Origin: a virus
DNA length: 64,000 nt
Virus record (IMG/VR): IMGVR_UViG_3300005841_000036
Span: 4,398-68,397 of that record
Direction: 5' to 3' (one strand)
Part shown: in pieces, positions 45,586-55,657 of the stretch
Position numbering within the stretch: the stretch's first letter is position 1
Layout of the letters: the number at the start of each line of letters is the position of its first letter
Position numbers and translations under genes: made by a program
The notes under the pieces: model-generated
Told to the model about the DNA's origin: nothing
Database searches by the model: none
Seen by the model: the letters and a program-made list of their open reading frames with translations, nothing else

Positions 45586-47874
45586 ATGCCGAACTGGCTA
45601 AATCGGATTGCCGGGATGATCTCTGGCAATGGCCGCCCCTCCCCCTCGCAGCCCGGGCCGGCGATGGCCGCGGCGCCTGATCCGAAATCCCTGATGAAGG
45701 CCCGAATCTCTGCGCTGCAGACGGGCGAGCATGCCAGGACTCCGACCGGTTCGATCCTCGAGCAGCTGCGGCGGGACGGCTGGGAGATCAAGCCCGGAGC
45801 GATGGGCGACGCATCCAAGAACGTCGGCCGGGCGATGGATCACGACGGGTCGCCCGTGGTCCCCCACATCCTGACTTACACGGGCTACTCGAGCCTCGGG
45901 CGGGTCTATCGCAATCCGGACGAAGCAATCCGGCACTCGCACGTAAACGCCCTGTACATGCGAAATGACCTCGCGACGATGGAATGCGTCGAGGCCCGGC
46001 AACGCCTGGTCGCCCTCACCCCCTGGCACCTCGAGACGGACAATCCCAAGAGTTCGATCGAGAAGGAACTCTGCGCGGGCATGACCTCGATCCTTAAGCG
46101 GATCCCGCGATGGACTGAGTACCGCCGCAGCCTACAGGAGGGGATTTGGTACGGTCGCTCAGCGAATCAAGGCACGTTCGGCCGAACCATGATCAACGGT
46201 CGCAAGTGCACCACCTTGCAGCCCTCGATCTACGGTCCGGCGTGGATGCCGATAAACGGCGACAAGCTCGCTTTCCGCTACGGTTCCAACCAGATCGGGA
46301 TTCGTATCGGGTGGTCGCTGCCGGACTCTCAGCAGTCGTTTTTCGACGACGAAGGGAAGGAACGGCAGGTCGAGATCACGTCGGGGTATGGCCGGTGCTA
46401 CTTCCTCGACGACGAGGACCGCGAGCGCGTGGTCCTGCACAAACACATGATCGAGGATGGCGATTACCTCGACCCGGTCGCCGCTGGATCGCTTCACGGG
46501 GTGGGCATCCGCTCTCGCATTTACTGGACGTGGTATCAGAAGCATTCGACCTTGCAACTGCTGATGGAGTACCTCGAGCGCTCCGCCGTCGGCTTCGAGG
46601 TCTGGACCTACCCGTGGGGCAACAAGGCCGCGCTGACCGAAACGCAAAACGCCGCGATCAACCGCCTGGGGTTCGGCAAAAACATCGTTTTCGTCCCGCG
46701 CATGCCCAACGATCCCGATCTCTATTCTTTCCAGCATCAGGAAACTGGTCTGCAAGGGATCGAGATGATCGACAATATCATTCACAAATACTTTGAGTGG
46801 CAGATCAAGCGATACATTCTCGGGCAAATCACCTCGAGCGAGCCGGAAGGCGCCGGCCTCGGGTCCTCGGGCCTGACCGACTTTCAGGCTGACACGCTCG
46901 CGAACATCATCAAATACGACGCCAAGAATTCGGACGAGTCGATCACGACCGACCTGGTCGCGACACTGCAGCGGAAGAATCGGCACGTCCTGCCGGCGGG
47001 GACCGAGGACGTCCACGTCCGTTTCGTTTCGGACACCGAGGACGAAGAGGTCAAGGAAAAGCTCGAGGCCCTCGAGAAAGCGGTCGGGATGGGGCTGCGG
47101 ATCAAGGTCGACGACGTCTATGAAACGCTGGGATACGAGAAGCCCGGGCCGGATGATGAGTGCATCGGCGGCCAGCAGCAGACGGCCGGTGTCGCCCCGG
47201 GCGCTCAGTCGATCCTGGGGACCGCGCAGCCGGGCCAGTCGGTCCTCGACGTGATGCGCGATCATATCGCCGGCCAGCAGCAAAAATTCGCAATGCTGAT
47301 GGATCGAGTCGAGGCCGCGATCCGCGAACGTGCCACGCCCGCGCAGGCCGAGGCAATCGACATCCCGACCGTAGTCGCGAAGTACGTCGCGCAGGCGATC
47401 CACGAGCGAAATGTCGAGCGCAACGCGGATCGAGATCTCGAGCCGAATGCGAACGCCATGCGCTACGCCGCGAAGGCGATGGAGTCTGCGGCCGACGTGA
47501 AGGACCTGCAGGGCATGATCGAGAAGCTAACGGACGACCTGCGCGAGATCAGGCAGCAGCTTGCCGAGAAGGCAAAGCCGACGGTGATCAACATCGAAGA
47601 GGGCGCCGTGAAAGCCAACCTCGCGTCGCCCGAGATCACGAATATCGTCAACGTGCCCGAGACGATCGTGCAGAATACGGTCAACGTGCCGCAAACGAAG
47701 GTGATCAACCAGAACACGATCGAGGTCTCGCCGACGCCGGTCGAGGTCAAGGTCGAGCCCACGCCCGTAACGGTTCAGGCCGAAGTGAAGCTGCCCGACC
47801 GACCGGAGCGAAAGGGGCAGATCACGCCCGACGGCAAGGGCGGATTCGTGACTCACTTCGAGGATGCAAAGTAG
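45586..47874 (+). CDS. portal protein (Mu gp29/DUF935-like)
   Basis: EGIWYGRS, YLERSA, IKRYILGQITSS, ITTDLV; after terminase; C-terminal VNVP repeats. Confidence 0.8.
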   Translation: MPNWLNRIAGMISGNGRPSPSQPGPAMAAAPDPKSLMKARISALQTGEHARTPTGSILEQLRRDGWEIKPGAMGDASKNVGRAMDHDGSPVVPHILTYTGYSSLGRVYRNPDEAIRHSHVNALYMRNDLATMECVEARQRLVALTPWHLETDNPKSSIEKELCAGMTSILKRIPRWTEYRRSLQEGIWYGRSANQGTFGRTMINGRKCTTLQPSIYGPAWMPINGDKLAFRYGSNQIGIRIGWSLPDSQQSFFDDEGKERQVEITSGYGRCYFLDDEDRERVVLHKHMIEDGDYLDPVAAGSLHGVGIRSRIYWTWYQKHSTLQLLMEYLERSAVGFEVWTYPWGNKAALTETQNAAINRLGFGKNIVFVPRMPNDPDLYSFQHQETGLQGIEMIDNIIHKYFEWQIKRYILGQITSSEPEGAGLGSSGLTDFQADTLANIIKYDAKNSDESITTDLVATLQRKNRHVLPAGTEDVHVRFVSDTEDEEVKEKLEALEKAVGMGLRIKVDDVYETLGYEKPGPDDECIGGQQQTAGVAPGAQSILGTAQPGQSVLDVMRDHIAGQQQKFAMLMDRVEAAIRERATPAQAEAIDIPTVVAKYVAQAIHERNVERNADRDLEPNANAMRYAAKAMESAADVKDLQGMIEKLTDDLREIRQQLAEKAKPTVINIEEGAVKANLASPEITNIVNVPETIVQNTVNVPQTKVINQNTIEVSPTPVEVKVEPTPVTVQAEVKLPDRPERKGQITPDGKGGFVTHFEDAK

Positions 47875-47919
47875 CGTCGCGTTTCTCTTGCGTTTCGCGT
47901 TTCACTTGGAGGATCAGCT

Positions 47920-48174
47920 ATGGCTGTCGTTTTGAACTTTCTCCCGAATGCTCCGCACTGCCCGCGCGGCCCCGAGACGGGTTTGCATGCCGTCAACTTC
48001 AACAACGGTACGGCGATGCGGGATACCGACGGTGTGATCTGGATCCGGCACGACGACATAACCGGCCAGCCCCCGGTGTGGGTGAGCGTGCGGACGGGCC
48101 AGTACGCCGAGCTAGGCGACGGGCATTTGGTCGAGGACGGCGAACAGATCACGATTGTCGCCGGCACCAACTAG
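47920..48174 (+). CDS. hypothetical protein
   Basis: GGAGG RBS, 84 aa. Confidence 0.55.
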   Translation: MAVVLNFLPNAPHCPRGPETGLHAVNFNNGTAMRDTDGVIWIRHDDITGQPPVWVSVRTGQYAELGDGHLVEDGEQITIVAGTN

Positions 48175-48188
48175 CTCGAGGCCGAACG

Positions 48189-48944
48189 TTGTCCACCCAA
48201 TCCGATATCCAGGCCCTTGTAAACGCCTCGGGGTTTTGTCTCCGAGGCGCTAGCAATATCTCGGATTCGGGTTCGGGTGGAGTAACGTTTACCAGTCCAA
48301 ACGGCATCGGCTATGCAGCGGGCAAGGTAGACTCTGCGGGGTTCCAATTCACTCGGGCCAGTTCCCACTACCTCCGAACCACAAGCTCCCGCGGAAAGTT
48401 CAATAACACGCAAAACTTTACCCTAACCGCATGGGTGAAAGTCGCTGTAGTCAACAACAACAATCCCTGGGGAGTAGGGGGCAACTTCAACGGGGTAGGA
48501 TCGGGCGGATTTGTAGCGGCATACGACGTGGGCAGTTATGGGCTATTCGGACGTACCTACGATTCCGGGGGGCTTACAACGGCCGGAAATACCACCCCTC
48601 AACTATCGATGACAAACGCGACTTGGGGTTGGGTCCACTTTTGGTATCGGGCAGTCGATAAGACGCTAGGCATAGAGCTAAACAATACCACGGCCTACAC
48701 GAACAGTTTCGGCGGAACCCTAGCCAACGGAACGGACCTGATCCTGGGGGCAATCGATCCGGGTTTAGACTGGCTCCTAGATGGCCAGCTAAGCGAGGTG
48801 ATCGGCGGTCAGTTCCTTTTTGATTCGACGCAAAAAGCCTATCTTTACAACAGTGGAAACGGCACAAACGTATTTGCCCCATCTCCCAAGGTCGACCGAT
48901 TCCTCGGCAAGCTCGGCGGAAAACTCACAGGAAAGGCAGCGTAG
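48189..48944 (+). CDS. LamG/concanavalin-like virion protein
   Basis: AGKVDSAGFQF, FTLTAWVK, LDGQLSEV, YLYNSGNG; TTG start inferred. Confidence 0.7.
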   Translation: MSTQSDIQALVNASGFCLRGASNISDSGSGGVTFTSPNGIGYAAGKVDSAGFQFTRASSHYLRTTSSRGKFNNTQNFTLTAWVKVAVVNNNNPWGVGGNFNGVGSGGFVAAYDVGSYGLFGRTYDSGGLTTAGNTTPQLSMTNATWGWVHFWYRAVDKTLGIELNNTTAYTNSFGGTLANGTDLILGAIDPGLDWLLDGQLSEVIGGQFLFDSTQKAYLYNSGNGTNVFAPSPKVDRFLGKLGGKLTGKAA

Positions 48945-48947
48945 AAA

Positions 48948-49502
48948 ATGCCCCTCCCCCTCGATCCCAACGGCAAGGAAATGACACCCGAGGCCGCGCT
49001 GCGATCTCAGCTTGCCGACCGCGATACACTGATCGCCGACCTGCAGAAGAAACTCGGGATCCGCGAACAGTCGACCGCCGAGAAGCTCGCCGCGATCGAG
49101 AATCTCTCGCACGCCGACTTGAAGGCGAGCAAGGCCGACCTGGTCGAGCGGGCCGCGCAGCTGCCGGCCGGCGACCTCGCCGCAAGGTATGTCCAATCGC
49201 GCACCGACGCCAAGTTGCGCGACGAACGCATGGGCGAGATGGGAAAGCAGATCTCGAGCCTGCAGGCCCAGGTCGAGGACCAGGCAAAGCAGATCGAGCA
49301 GCTGCAGGACGATATCACTAAGAAGGATTCGACGATCACCACGCACGAGGGGACGATCGCGATTCAACTGCAGTCGGCCCAGGATGCGGCCAAAGCGCAC
49401 GCCGAGGCCCTCGAGGAATCGCGTGCCAAGGTCGCCGAACTGACCAAAACCCTCGAGGCGATCGAATCGGCCGCCCAGGACCGCAACACACTCGAGGGCT
49501 AA
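48948..49502 (+). CDS. coiled-coil protein
   Basis: Continuous heptad pattern. Confidence 0.65.
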   Translation: MPLPLDPNGKEMTPEAALRSQLADRDTLIADLQKKLGIREQSTAEKLAAIENLSHADLKASKADLVERAAQLPAGDLAARYVQSRTDAKLRDERMGEMGKQISSLQAQVEDQAKQIEQLQDDITKKDSTITTHEGTIAIQLQSAQDAAKAHAEALEESRAKVAELTKTLEAIESAAQDRNTLEG

Positions 49503-49505
49503 TCG

Positions 49506-50705
49506 ATGTTTCCGATGGGCGACTTTCCGGTCGGGGCAACGGTCCCGTTCCCGTTCGATACCTACGATAGCAACGGCGGATCCGTAACGATCACCGGCCT
49601 TGCTGTTACGGACATCGAGATTTACAAGGACGGCTCGACCACGCAGCGGGCGAGCGACAACGGCTATGTCCTTCTCGATACCGACGGGATCGATTTCGAC
49701 GGCGCGACTGGCCTGCACGGGTTTTCCGTCGACTTCTCGGACAACTCCGACGCCGGATTCTACGCTGCGGGCCATTGGTACTGGCTGAACGTCAACGCGA
49801 TCACTTGCGACGGTCAGACGGTTCGCTTTACGTACTTTTTCACGATCGGAATGCTGCTGCGGCCGGCAACCGCGGGTCGGACTGTGGTTGTAGATTCGGC
49901 TGGCTTGATCGATGCCACCGCGGTCAAGATAGGCCCAACGGGAGCCGCTACGGCTCAGACCGCGGCCGACGTGGGCAAGCTAGGTCAGCTGCTTGCACCG
50001 ATTGATAGCGGCACGGCGCAGGCGGGCGGCGGGAACACGATCACGCTGCGTGCGGGTGCAAGTGCTACAAACGACTACTACGCTGGTTGCCTGATTTTCA
50101 TAGTATCCGGTACTGGTGCAGGTGGGCGCCCTGGCCTCTGCACGTCTTACAACGGCTCTACCAAATCGGCGACCGTCTCGCCGGGATGGAGTTACACCGT
50201 GGATAACACCAGCGTTTACGCCGTGTTTCCACTCGGCCAAGCAATCCTCGGCCTCTTACCACAGTCAAGCGGTACGTTCAACCTTGGGAATTTGTTGACG
50301 AATGTTGCTCAGCTATTCGGATCGACTACTGCCGCAAGCAATGCAAAACTATTTTTTGACGGTACGGGCTACGCAGGCACAAATAATGTAATCCCGACGG
50401 TGACGAATCTCACCAACGCCCCAACGGCAGGCGATCTAACTGCCACAATGAAGGCTTCGGTGACTGCTGCCGTTCCAACCGCCAATGCCAACGCCGATGC
50501 ATTGCTAGATCGCGCAAGCGGGGTTGAAACCGGCTGGACGGTTCGCCAGATCCTACGCATCATCGCGGCATGGTTCGGCGGCAAGCGATCGGGCCAACCT
50601 CTCGCCCCCGTTATCCGCGATATCAACGATACAAAGAATCGCATCAGTGCCAGCTTGGACGCTAACGGCAACACCACAGGCTCAGTAACGATTGACGTGT
50701 CCTAA
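49506..50705 (+). CDS. putative virion structural protein
   Basis: SGTAQAGGGNTITL..ASATNDYY, T/G/A-rich, RDINDTKNRISASLDANGN tail. Confidence 0.65.
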   Translation: MFPMGDFPVGATVPFPFDTYDSNGGSVTITGLAVTDIEIYKDGSTTQRASDNGYVLLDTDGIDFDGATGLHGFSVDFSDNSDAGFYAAGHWYWLNVNAITCDGQTVRFTYFFTIGMLLRPATAGRTVVVDSAGLIDATAVKIGPTGAATAQTAADVGKLGQLLAPIDSGTAQAGGGNTITLRAGASATNDYYAGCLIFIVSGTGAGGRPGLCTSYNGSTKSATVSPGWSYTVDNTSVYAVFPLGQAILGLLPQSSGTFNLGNLLTNVAQLFGSTTAASNAKLFFDGTGYAGTNNVIPTVTNLTNAPTAGDLTATMKASVTAAVPTANANADALLDRASGVETGWTVRQILRIIAAWFGGKRSGQPLAPVIRDINDTKNRISASLDANGNTTGSVTIDVS

Positions 50706-50935
50706 TGTCATGGGCAGGAAACTGGCTTGGAAATTGGGTGGGTAACTGGTTGGGCGCAACCTCTGCAGCGCCAACGCCGCCGGCCTCGACGCCCGGGGGC
50801 GGCGATCGCCCTGGCTTGGCCCGGTGGGGCCGAGGGAGAGACCGCCGCGCGGCGCTGCAGTTCGCTCTCGACCGACGCAATGCAATCCTGGCTGCGGCGC
50901 TCGCTGCGGCCTCTGACGATGACGCGGGGTGGTAG
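50705..50935 (+). CDS. small protein with WxGN repeats
   Basis: MSWAGNWLGNWVGNWLG; TAATG coupling. Confidence 0.55.
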   Translation: MSWAGNWLGNWVGNWLGATSAAPTPPASTPGGGDRPGLARWGRGRDRRAALQFALDRRNAILAAALAAASDDDAGW

Positions 50936-50936
50936 G

Positions 50937-51173
50937 ATGCTTGATCCAGATTCCAAGAATTGGATCCTCGAGGAAATCGGTCTGCGGCTCGATGCGCTGG
51001 GCGACTATGGGAGCATATCTTTCGACATCACAATCGAGCATCGTCGGGCGACCAGGCTGGTCAAACGCGACGCAATCGAGTCGATCAAAGCACCAAAATC
51101 CAGCGCATCGCGAGACCAGGACGGCAGCGAAACTTCCACTAAAGGATTGACGCGCCGAGGAAATTCCGCCTAA
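50937..51173 (+). CDS. small protein, possibly DUF2292-like
   Basis: LGDYGSISFDITIEH. Confidence 0.45.
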   Translation: MLDPDSKNWILEEIGLRLDALGDYGSISFDITIEHRRATRLVKRDAIESIKAPKSSASRDQDGSETSTKGLTRRGNSA

Positions 51174-51176
51174 GAT
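51147..51176 (+). promoter_or_regulatory. sigma70-like promoter candidate
   Basis: TTGACG-N18-TAAGAT upstream of head genes. Confidence 0.45.
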
Positions 51177-51227
51177 CAAAAACATCAGGGGACACCAAGC
51201 CCCGCGCAGGTACTGGGAACAACCCTC

Positions 51228-51263
51228 GCCCGCTTCGCTCACTCGAGCGACGCGGGCTTTTTT
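51228..51263 (+). terminator. intrinsic terminator-like hairpin
   Basis: GCCCGC(T)TCGCTC/GAGCGA(C)GCGGGC stem followed by T6. Confidence 0.6.
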
Positions 51264-51276
51264 CGTTTATGGCTCC

Positions 51277-52809
51277 ATGACGATCCCCAAGCCAAAATCC
51301 GGCGAGTCTCAGGTGCAGTTTGCGGAGCGCTGCCACGTCGCGCTTCGCGACTCCCATCCTGACACCGACGAGAGAAACGCGATTTGCTTCTCTGCCTGGC
51401 GGGATTCCGGCAAGGACAAGCTCGAGAAGCTCGCCGACCGGACGTTCGACCAGGACCGATACGAGAAGGTCCCCGACGTCGCTGTCTTCTGCGAACACAA
51501 GAAGCAAAAGCGGCTCTCGGACGGTTCGGTGGTCGAGGAAGTTTACGACAAGGCCGCCCTCGAGAAGATCGCCGCGCGGTGCAATTCGCGCATCTCTGAC
51601 ACAAAGAATTTTGCCCGGCTGGTCGAGGGGCACACGCCTTCCCCGGAAGAGTCCGCGGCCGGCGCTTCCCAGCCCGAGGTCCTCGGATTCGAGGGGCCCT
51701 ATTGGATCGGGATGGGCGGGAACGATGATCCCCGGTGGTGTATCTACGCGAACGAGTACTGGCTGAAAAGCGAGGCCCACAAGCGGCCGAAGCTGCCCGG
51801 CCGGTCGGTCGAGTTGTGGATGCACGACGACATGGGCGAGCGGTTTTTCGACCCGATCGCGGCCCTCGGCGCCGAAACGCCGCGGCTCGATCTCCCGATG
51901 AAGTACTCGCAAACCGAAGACGGCCGCGCCGTGCAGGTCGCCCGATATTCCGCTTTCGCCGGCGAGGGGAACGTTTACGCCCCCGCCTTCAACGCGCCCG
52001 CCAAAAAGGAGCGATACGAAATGATGAGCCCCGAAGAAATCAACCAGCTTGCCCAGGCAATGGCCGCTCCGATTGGTCAAGCCGTCGCTCAGGCGGTGAT
52101 CCAGGCCCTCAGCGAAGCCCCCGCCGACCAGGCCGGCGCCGACATGGGCGGGGCGGAAGGTGATCAAGGCGCAGGCGGTGTTCCCGGCGGGCCGCCGCCG
52201 GCCGCCACTCCCCCGGGTCCGAACGACCACAACGAAGCCGACGAGGTCGACGACGTCGACGAAGAAGACGGCGACGTGAACGGCATCGACAAGAAAGAGG
52301 AAAAGGATATGCCCGACAAGATGAGCAAAAAGCTCGCCGACCTCGAGTTGAAGGTCGCGAAGTACGAGCGCCAGCAGGGCGAAGTCGAGGCCCTCAAGCA
52401 GACGGTGGCCAAGATCAGCCGGGACAAAATCACGGTCGAGCGCCACTCGAAGCTGGCCGATCTGGCCCGGGAATATGCCTTCCGCGACGAGATCGACGCC
52501 GCCGGGAAGCTGGTTAAGACCGGCCTCGAGAAGGCGGTCGAGCGTTGTTCCAAGATGAGCGATCAGGACTTCCACGAGTACTGCCTCGACGTGGTCCAGC
52601 ACTACCAGAAGCTGGACAACCCCCGCCCCGCGCTGCGGACGTTCAACGTCGACGGCGAACACGGCGGGCCGGACGACGCCAAGGCCAAGGCCGCCGCGGT
52701 CGAAGCTCGCGAGCAGTGCGAGAAGTTCCGCCGGGAGGGCAAGGCCTACAAGTTCGGCGACGTGCTGAACGACGTCCGAAAGGCCAAGGGGCTCTCGGCG
52801 ATCGCCTAA
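51277..52809 (+). CDS. prohead protease/scaffold protein
   Basis: VEGHT, PGRSVEL, IAALGAETPRLDL (Mu protease-like), acidic linker and coiled coil; precedes capsid genes. Confidence 0.75.
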   Translation: MTIPKPKSGESQVQFAERCHVALRDSHPDTDERNAICFSAWRDSGKDKLEKLADRTFDQDRYEKVPDVAVFCEHKKQKRLSDGSVVEEVYDKAALEKIAARCNSRISDTKNFARLVEGHTPSPEESAAGASQPEVLGFEGPYWIGMGGNDDPRWCIYANEYWLKSEAHKRPKLPGRSVELWMHDDMGERFFDPIAALGAETPRLDLPMKYSQTEDGRAVQVARYSAFAGEGNVYAPAFNAPAKKERYEMMSPEEINQLAQAMAAPIGQAVAQAVIQALSEAPADQAGADMGGAEGDQGAGGVPGGPPPAATPPGPNDHNEADEVDDVDEEDGDVNGIDKKEEKDMPDKMSKKLADLELKVAKYERQQGEVEALKQTVAKISRDKITVERHSKLADLAREYAFRDEIDAAGKLVKTGLEKAVERCSKMSDQDFHEYCLDVVQHYQKLDNPRPALRTFNVDGEHGGPDDAKAKAAAVEAREQCEKFRREGKAYKFGDVLNDVRKAKGLSAIA

Positions 52810-52901
52810 GCCCCCGATCGCTCGCCTCGATCGTCTCGAGTCGGCCAACCATCACAACCACGCCCCGCGGGGCATCACGCTAGCAACCGGAGAATCGAAA
52901 C

Positions 52902-53315
52902 ATGGCGGGTCACAACCCTAACTGGATGGCGGCCGGCAACATCCTTCCGAGTGTGTTCATCACGCCGTACACCTCGGGCGATAATCGCGTGATTCAGGCG
53001 ACCCTCAATTCGATGGTTGTCGGCATCTCGCACCCGGATACCCGGCAGGCTCCGATCCCCTCGGCGTCGACCTATCACGCGATTTCGGGTGATCCGGTCG
53101 CCGCCTACGGGCCCGGCGAGCAGGGCTTGCTGTCCTATGGTGGCTCGATCACTCGAGGCGCTCGCATCAAGAGCGACGCCAACGGTGCCGGGATCACGAT
53201 CGGCACGACCGGCATCGCGCAGAACCAGGGGGCGATCGCCCTCGAGTCTGGTTCGGCTGCCGAGCTCCACAACGTCTTGGTCCAGCCTCAGCTGATGCCG
53301 GCCTCGGCGTCCTAA
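52902..53315 (+). CDS. capsid decoration/cement protein (DUF2190-like)
   Basis: GGSITRGARIKSDANGAG, AIALESG. Confidence 0.75.
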   Translation: MAGHNPNWMAAGNILPSVFITPYTSGDNRVIQATLNSMVVGISHPDTRQAPIPSASTYHAISGDPVAAYGPGEQGLLSYGGSITRGARIKSDANGAGITIGTTGIAQNQGAIALESGSAAELHNVLVQPQLMPASAS

Positions 53316-53404
53316 CTGGGGCCGCTGCGGCTTTCAACGTTTCTTAGCACTCAACACGTCCCGCCGGTGGTCGGCGGCCGGCAACGTAACAGGAGATTCT
53401 GAAC

Positions 53405-54475
53405 ATGGCCGCAGGCACCCCGGTCTATCCCGGTGAATACAACGTATATATCCCCAATCACGAGTCGACTCAGGGGATGATCGTCGATTTCAGCCGGAAT
53501 CCGAAAGACTTCTCGCTGAACAAGTGGATCAAGCTGATCCCGGTCAAGACCGAAAACGGGTATTACGCCCGCTTCGGTCGAGACGGCGGCCTGCCCGAAG
53601 AGGCCGCGCGGATCACCGATACCGCGCTGCCGGGCGCCGTCTGGCATGACGGCAACGATGCCCCGGACGGGAACAAGCTCAAGGAGCTTTTCCAGTTCGT
53701 TGAGCATCACTGTATCCGCTATGCCACCCCCTGGGTTTTGGGGGACAAGACCGTCGCGCAGGCTTCGTGGTCGATCAAGGATCAGTATGCCCGGATCGCG
53801 GCCCAGCTGGCGATGACTCGCCGAGCGCAGTTGTGCATCTCGGCGGCGACGACGACCGGCAACTATCCCACGGGCCACTTCTCGGCGGTGAGCTCGATCA
53901 CCGGCGTCACCGGCAAATGGGACGTCTCGACCTCGGCGCGAATGGATATCCGCCGGTCGCTGGATTACGGGGCGGAAATCATCCGTCTGGATACCCTGGG
54001 CCTGGTCAAGCGCAAGGATTTGCGTTTGGTGATCAGCCCGGGCGAAGCGATGGCGATGAGCCGGTCGCAAGAGGTGATCGACATCCTCAAGCAGCAGGCG
54101 AACTCGATCAAGATCATCGAAGGGACCTGGGAGCAGAAGAATTTCCAGTTCCCGGCCGAGCTCTACGGGGTCGAGATCGTGATCGAGGACACCGTCAAGG
54201 CGACCAACGCCAAGGGCGCGACTCGAGCGGTATCGAACATCCTGGCCGATACGACCGCGATCCTTTGCTCGCGTCCGGAAGGCCTCGAGGGGACCGACGC
54301 CGCGGCGCCGAACTTCTCGACGATCACTATGTTCGCCTACGACCAAGAGGAAATGGTGGTCGAGGAAATGCACGACTCGCGACACAAGCGGGTCGAGGGC
54401 CGGGTGATCGACACCGTTGACGTCCAGGTCACCGCGGGCGCCGCGGGATTCCTGTTCACCTCGACCACGGGCTAA
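53405..54475 (+). CDS. major capsid protein
   Basis: 356 aa after scaffold and decoration genes; LVISP, ELYGVEIVIE HK97-like pattern; AGFLFT end. Confidence 0.8.
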   Translation: MAAGTPVYPGEYNVYIPNHESTQGMIVDFSRNPKDFSLNKWIKLIPVKTENGYYARFGRDGGLPEEAARITDTALPGAVWHDGNDAPDGNKLKELFQFVEHHCIRYATPWVLGDKTVAQASWSIKDQYARIAAQLAMTRRAQLCISAATTTGNYPTGHFSAVSSITGVTGKWDVSTSARMDIRRSLDYGAEIIRLDTLGLVKRKDLRLVISPGEAMAMSRSQEVIDILKQQANSIKIIEGTWEQKNFQFPAELYGVEIVIEDTVKATNAKGATRAVSNILADTTAILCSRPEGLEGTDAAAPNFSTITMFAYDQEEMVVEEMHDSRHKRVEGRVIDTVDVQVTAGAAGFLFTSTTG

Positions 54476-54597
54476 GGAGAGGTCGGGGTCCGGCTGCGGC
54501 TTTACGCGACCGCAGTCGCCTTTACAGCGGGGCGAACTACCGTTGGCGCATCCTCCGGTCAGTTCGCTCCGCTGGTTTCACATCGGGAGGGTTTGCC

Positions 54598-55104
54598 ATG
54601 TCCTACGCCACGCCGACGCAGTTCCGAGAACGGATCGACGTTCGCATGCTGGGGGACCTGGCCGCCGACGATGGGACGCAAGTTTCCTCGAGCGGCGTCC
54701 TTTCCGACGGGAACATTCAGGCCGCGCTGAACGACGGATCGGGCGACATCGAAGCCGCCTTGCGCATGGCCCGACGCTACACCGTAGCGCAAATGGCGGC
54801 CCTCGCCGCGAACACGAATTTCAAGCTGGTGCGGATCAATGTCGATCTCGCCGTCGGCTACCTGGTCGACCGCCGGCTCTACGGCAAGGCCGATGAGACG
54901 TTGAAGCGGATCATGGACCGAGGCCGGGAAGAGTTGAAGGCGCTGGCCGATGGCCACTTGGTCCTCGAGGTCGACGACGCGCTCGATGCCGGCCTGCCGA
55001 GTGTGACGGGCCCGACGACCGCGCAGCTCGACAATCTGAACATGATTTCCCGCACGGCAGGCATGCGTTTTTATCCGCAACAGTTCCTGCCCGGCAATCG
55101 ATAA
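54598..55104 (+). CDS. head-tail adaptor (Mu gp36/DUF1320-like)
   Basis: MSYAT, ALNDGSGDIEAAL..RY, DLAVGYL, LKALADG. Confidence 0.8.
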   Translation: MSYATPTQFRERIDVRMLGDLAADDGTQVSSSGVLSDGNIQAALNDGSGDIEAALRMARRYTVAQMAALAANTNFKLVRINVDLAVGYLVDRRLYGKADETLKRIMDRGREELKALADGHLVLEVDDALDAGLPSVTGPTTAQLDNLNMISRTAGMRFYPQQFLPGNR

Positions 55105-55113
55105 GGATCCACC

Positions 55114-55596
55114 ATGTCGGTTCAACCTCGATATGCCGGCGCCGCATTGTGCAAGGTGGACACCGGCGGCGGCCTCTCGAATCTCGGTTACACCGAGGAC
55201 GGCGCGCAGGTGACGCCGAACGCCTATTGGGTCGACGTGCCGGGCGACGAGAACGGCGGCCCCGAGGGGCCCCCTATCGACGTTCAATACCTGGGCGAGA
55301 CGGTCGATATCCGGCTGGTGATGACGTCCTGGGAAACGACCGTTGCCGATGCGATCGCCGCGCGGCTGGCCGGCGCCACGGCAGGCACGCCTGGCACGCC
55401 GGGCACGATGATGTTTAACGAATCGAAAACGATGCGGCTTGTGCTGCTGACGACGAACACCCCTTTCAACTTTCCGCGGGTGATCTTCCGCGATCCCATC
55501 GAGATCAACAAAGGGACGAAGTTTTCCCGCCTGGTCCTGATCGGGCGAGCCTACAAGAACGGTTCGGGTGTCCTGTACAACGCGACCACCAGTTAG
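55114..55596 (+). CDS. tail tube protein (putative)
   Basis: LGYTEDGAQVT, DENGG..PIDVQYLGE. Confidence 0.65.
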   Translation: MSVQPRYAGAALCKVDTGGGLSNLGYTEDGAQVTPNAYWVDVPGDENGGPEGPPIDVQYLGETVDIRLVMTSWETTVADAIAARLAGATAGTPGTPGTMMFNESKTMRLVLLTTNTPFNFPRVIFRDPIEINKGTKFSRLVLIGRAYKNGSGVLYNATTS

Positions 55597-55657
55597 GGGT
55601 GGACTAGTTTTCCAGTCTCCGGGCTAAATTTAGTCCACCAGCTAAGAGGATCTCGAA

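Noticed and set aside
47160-48188. N-terminal 343 aa of the 594-aa ORF 47160-48944
   Set aside because: Arg-rich off-frame overlap of the portal and the 47920 gene; protein-like sequence starts only near 48189
51139-52848. Long antisense ORFs (also 46159-47403, 37955-39010, 14349-15473, 53351-54385)
   Set aside because: Shadows of GC-rich sense genes with no motifs or RBS; expected from codon bias
55598-55639. Inverted repeat GGTGGACTA/TAGTCCACC after the tail tube gene
   Set aside because: Single hairpin with no U-tract and no second copy; function cannot be supported
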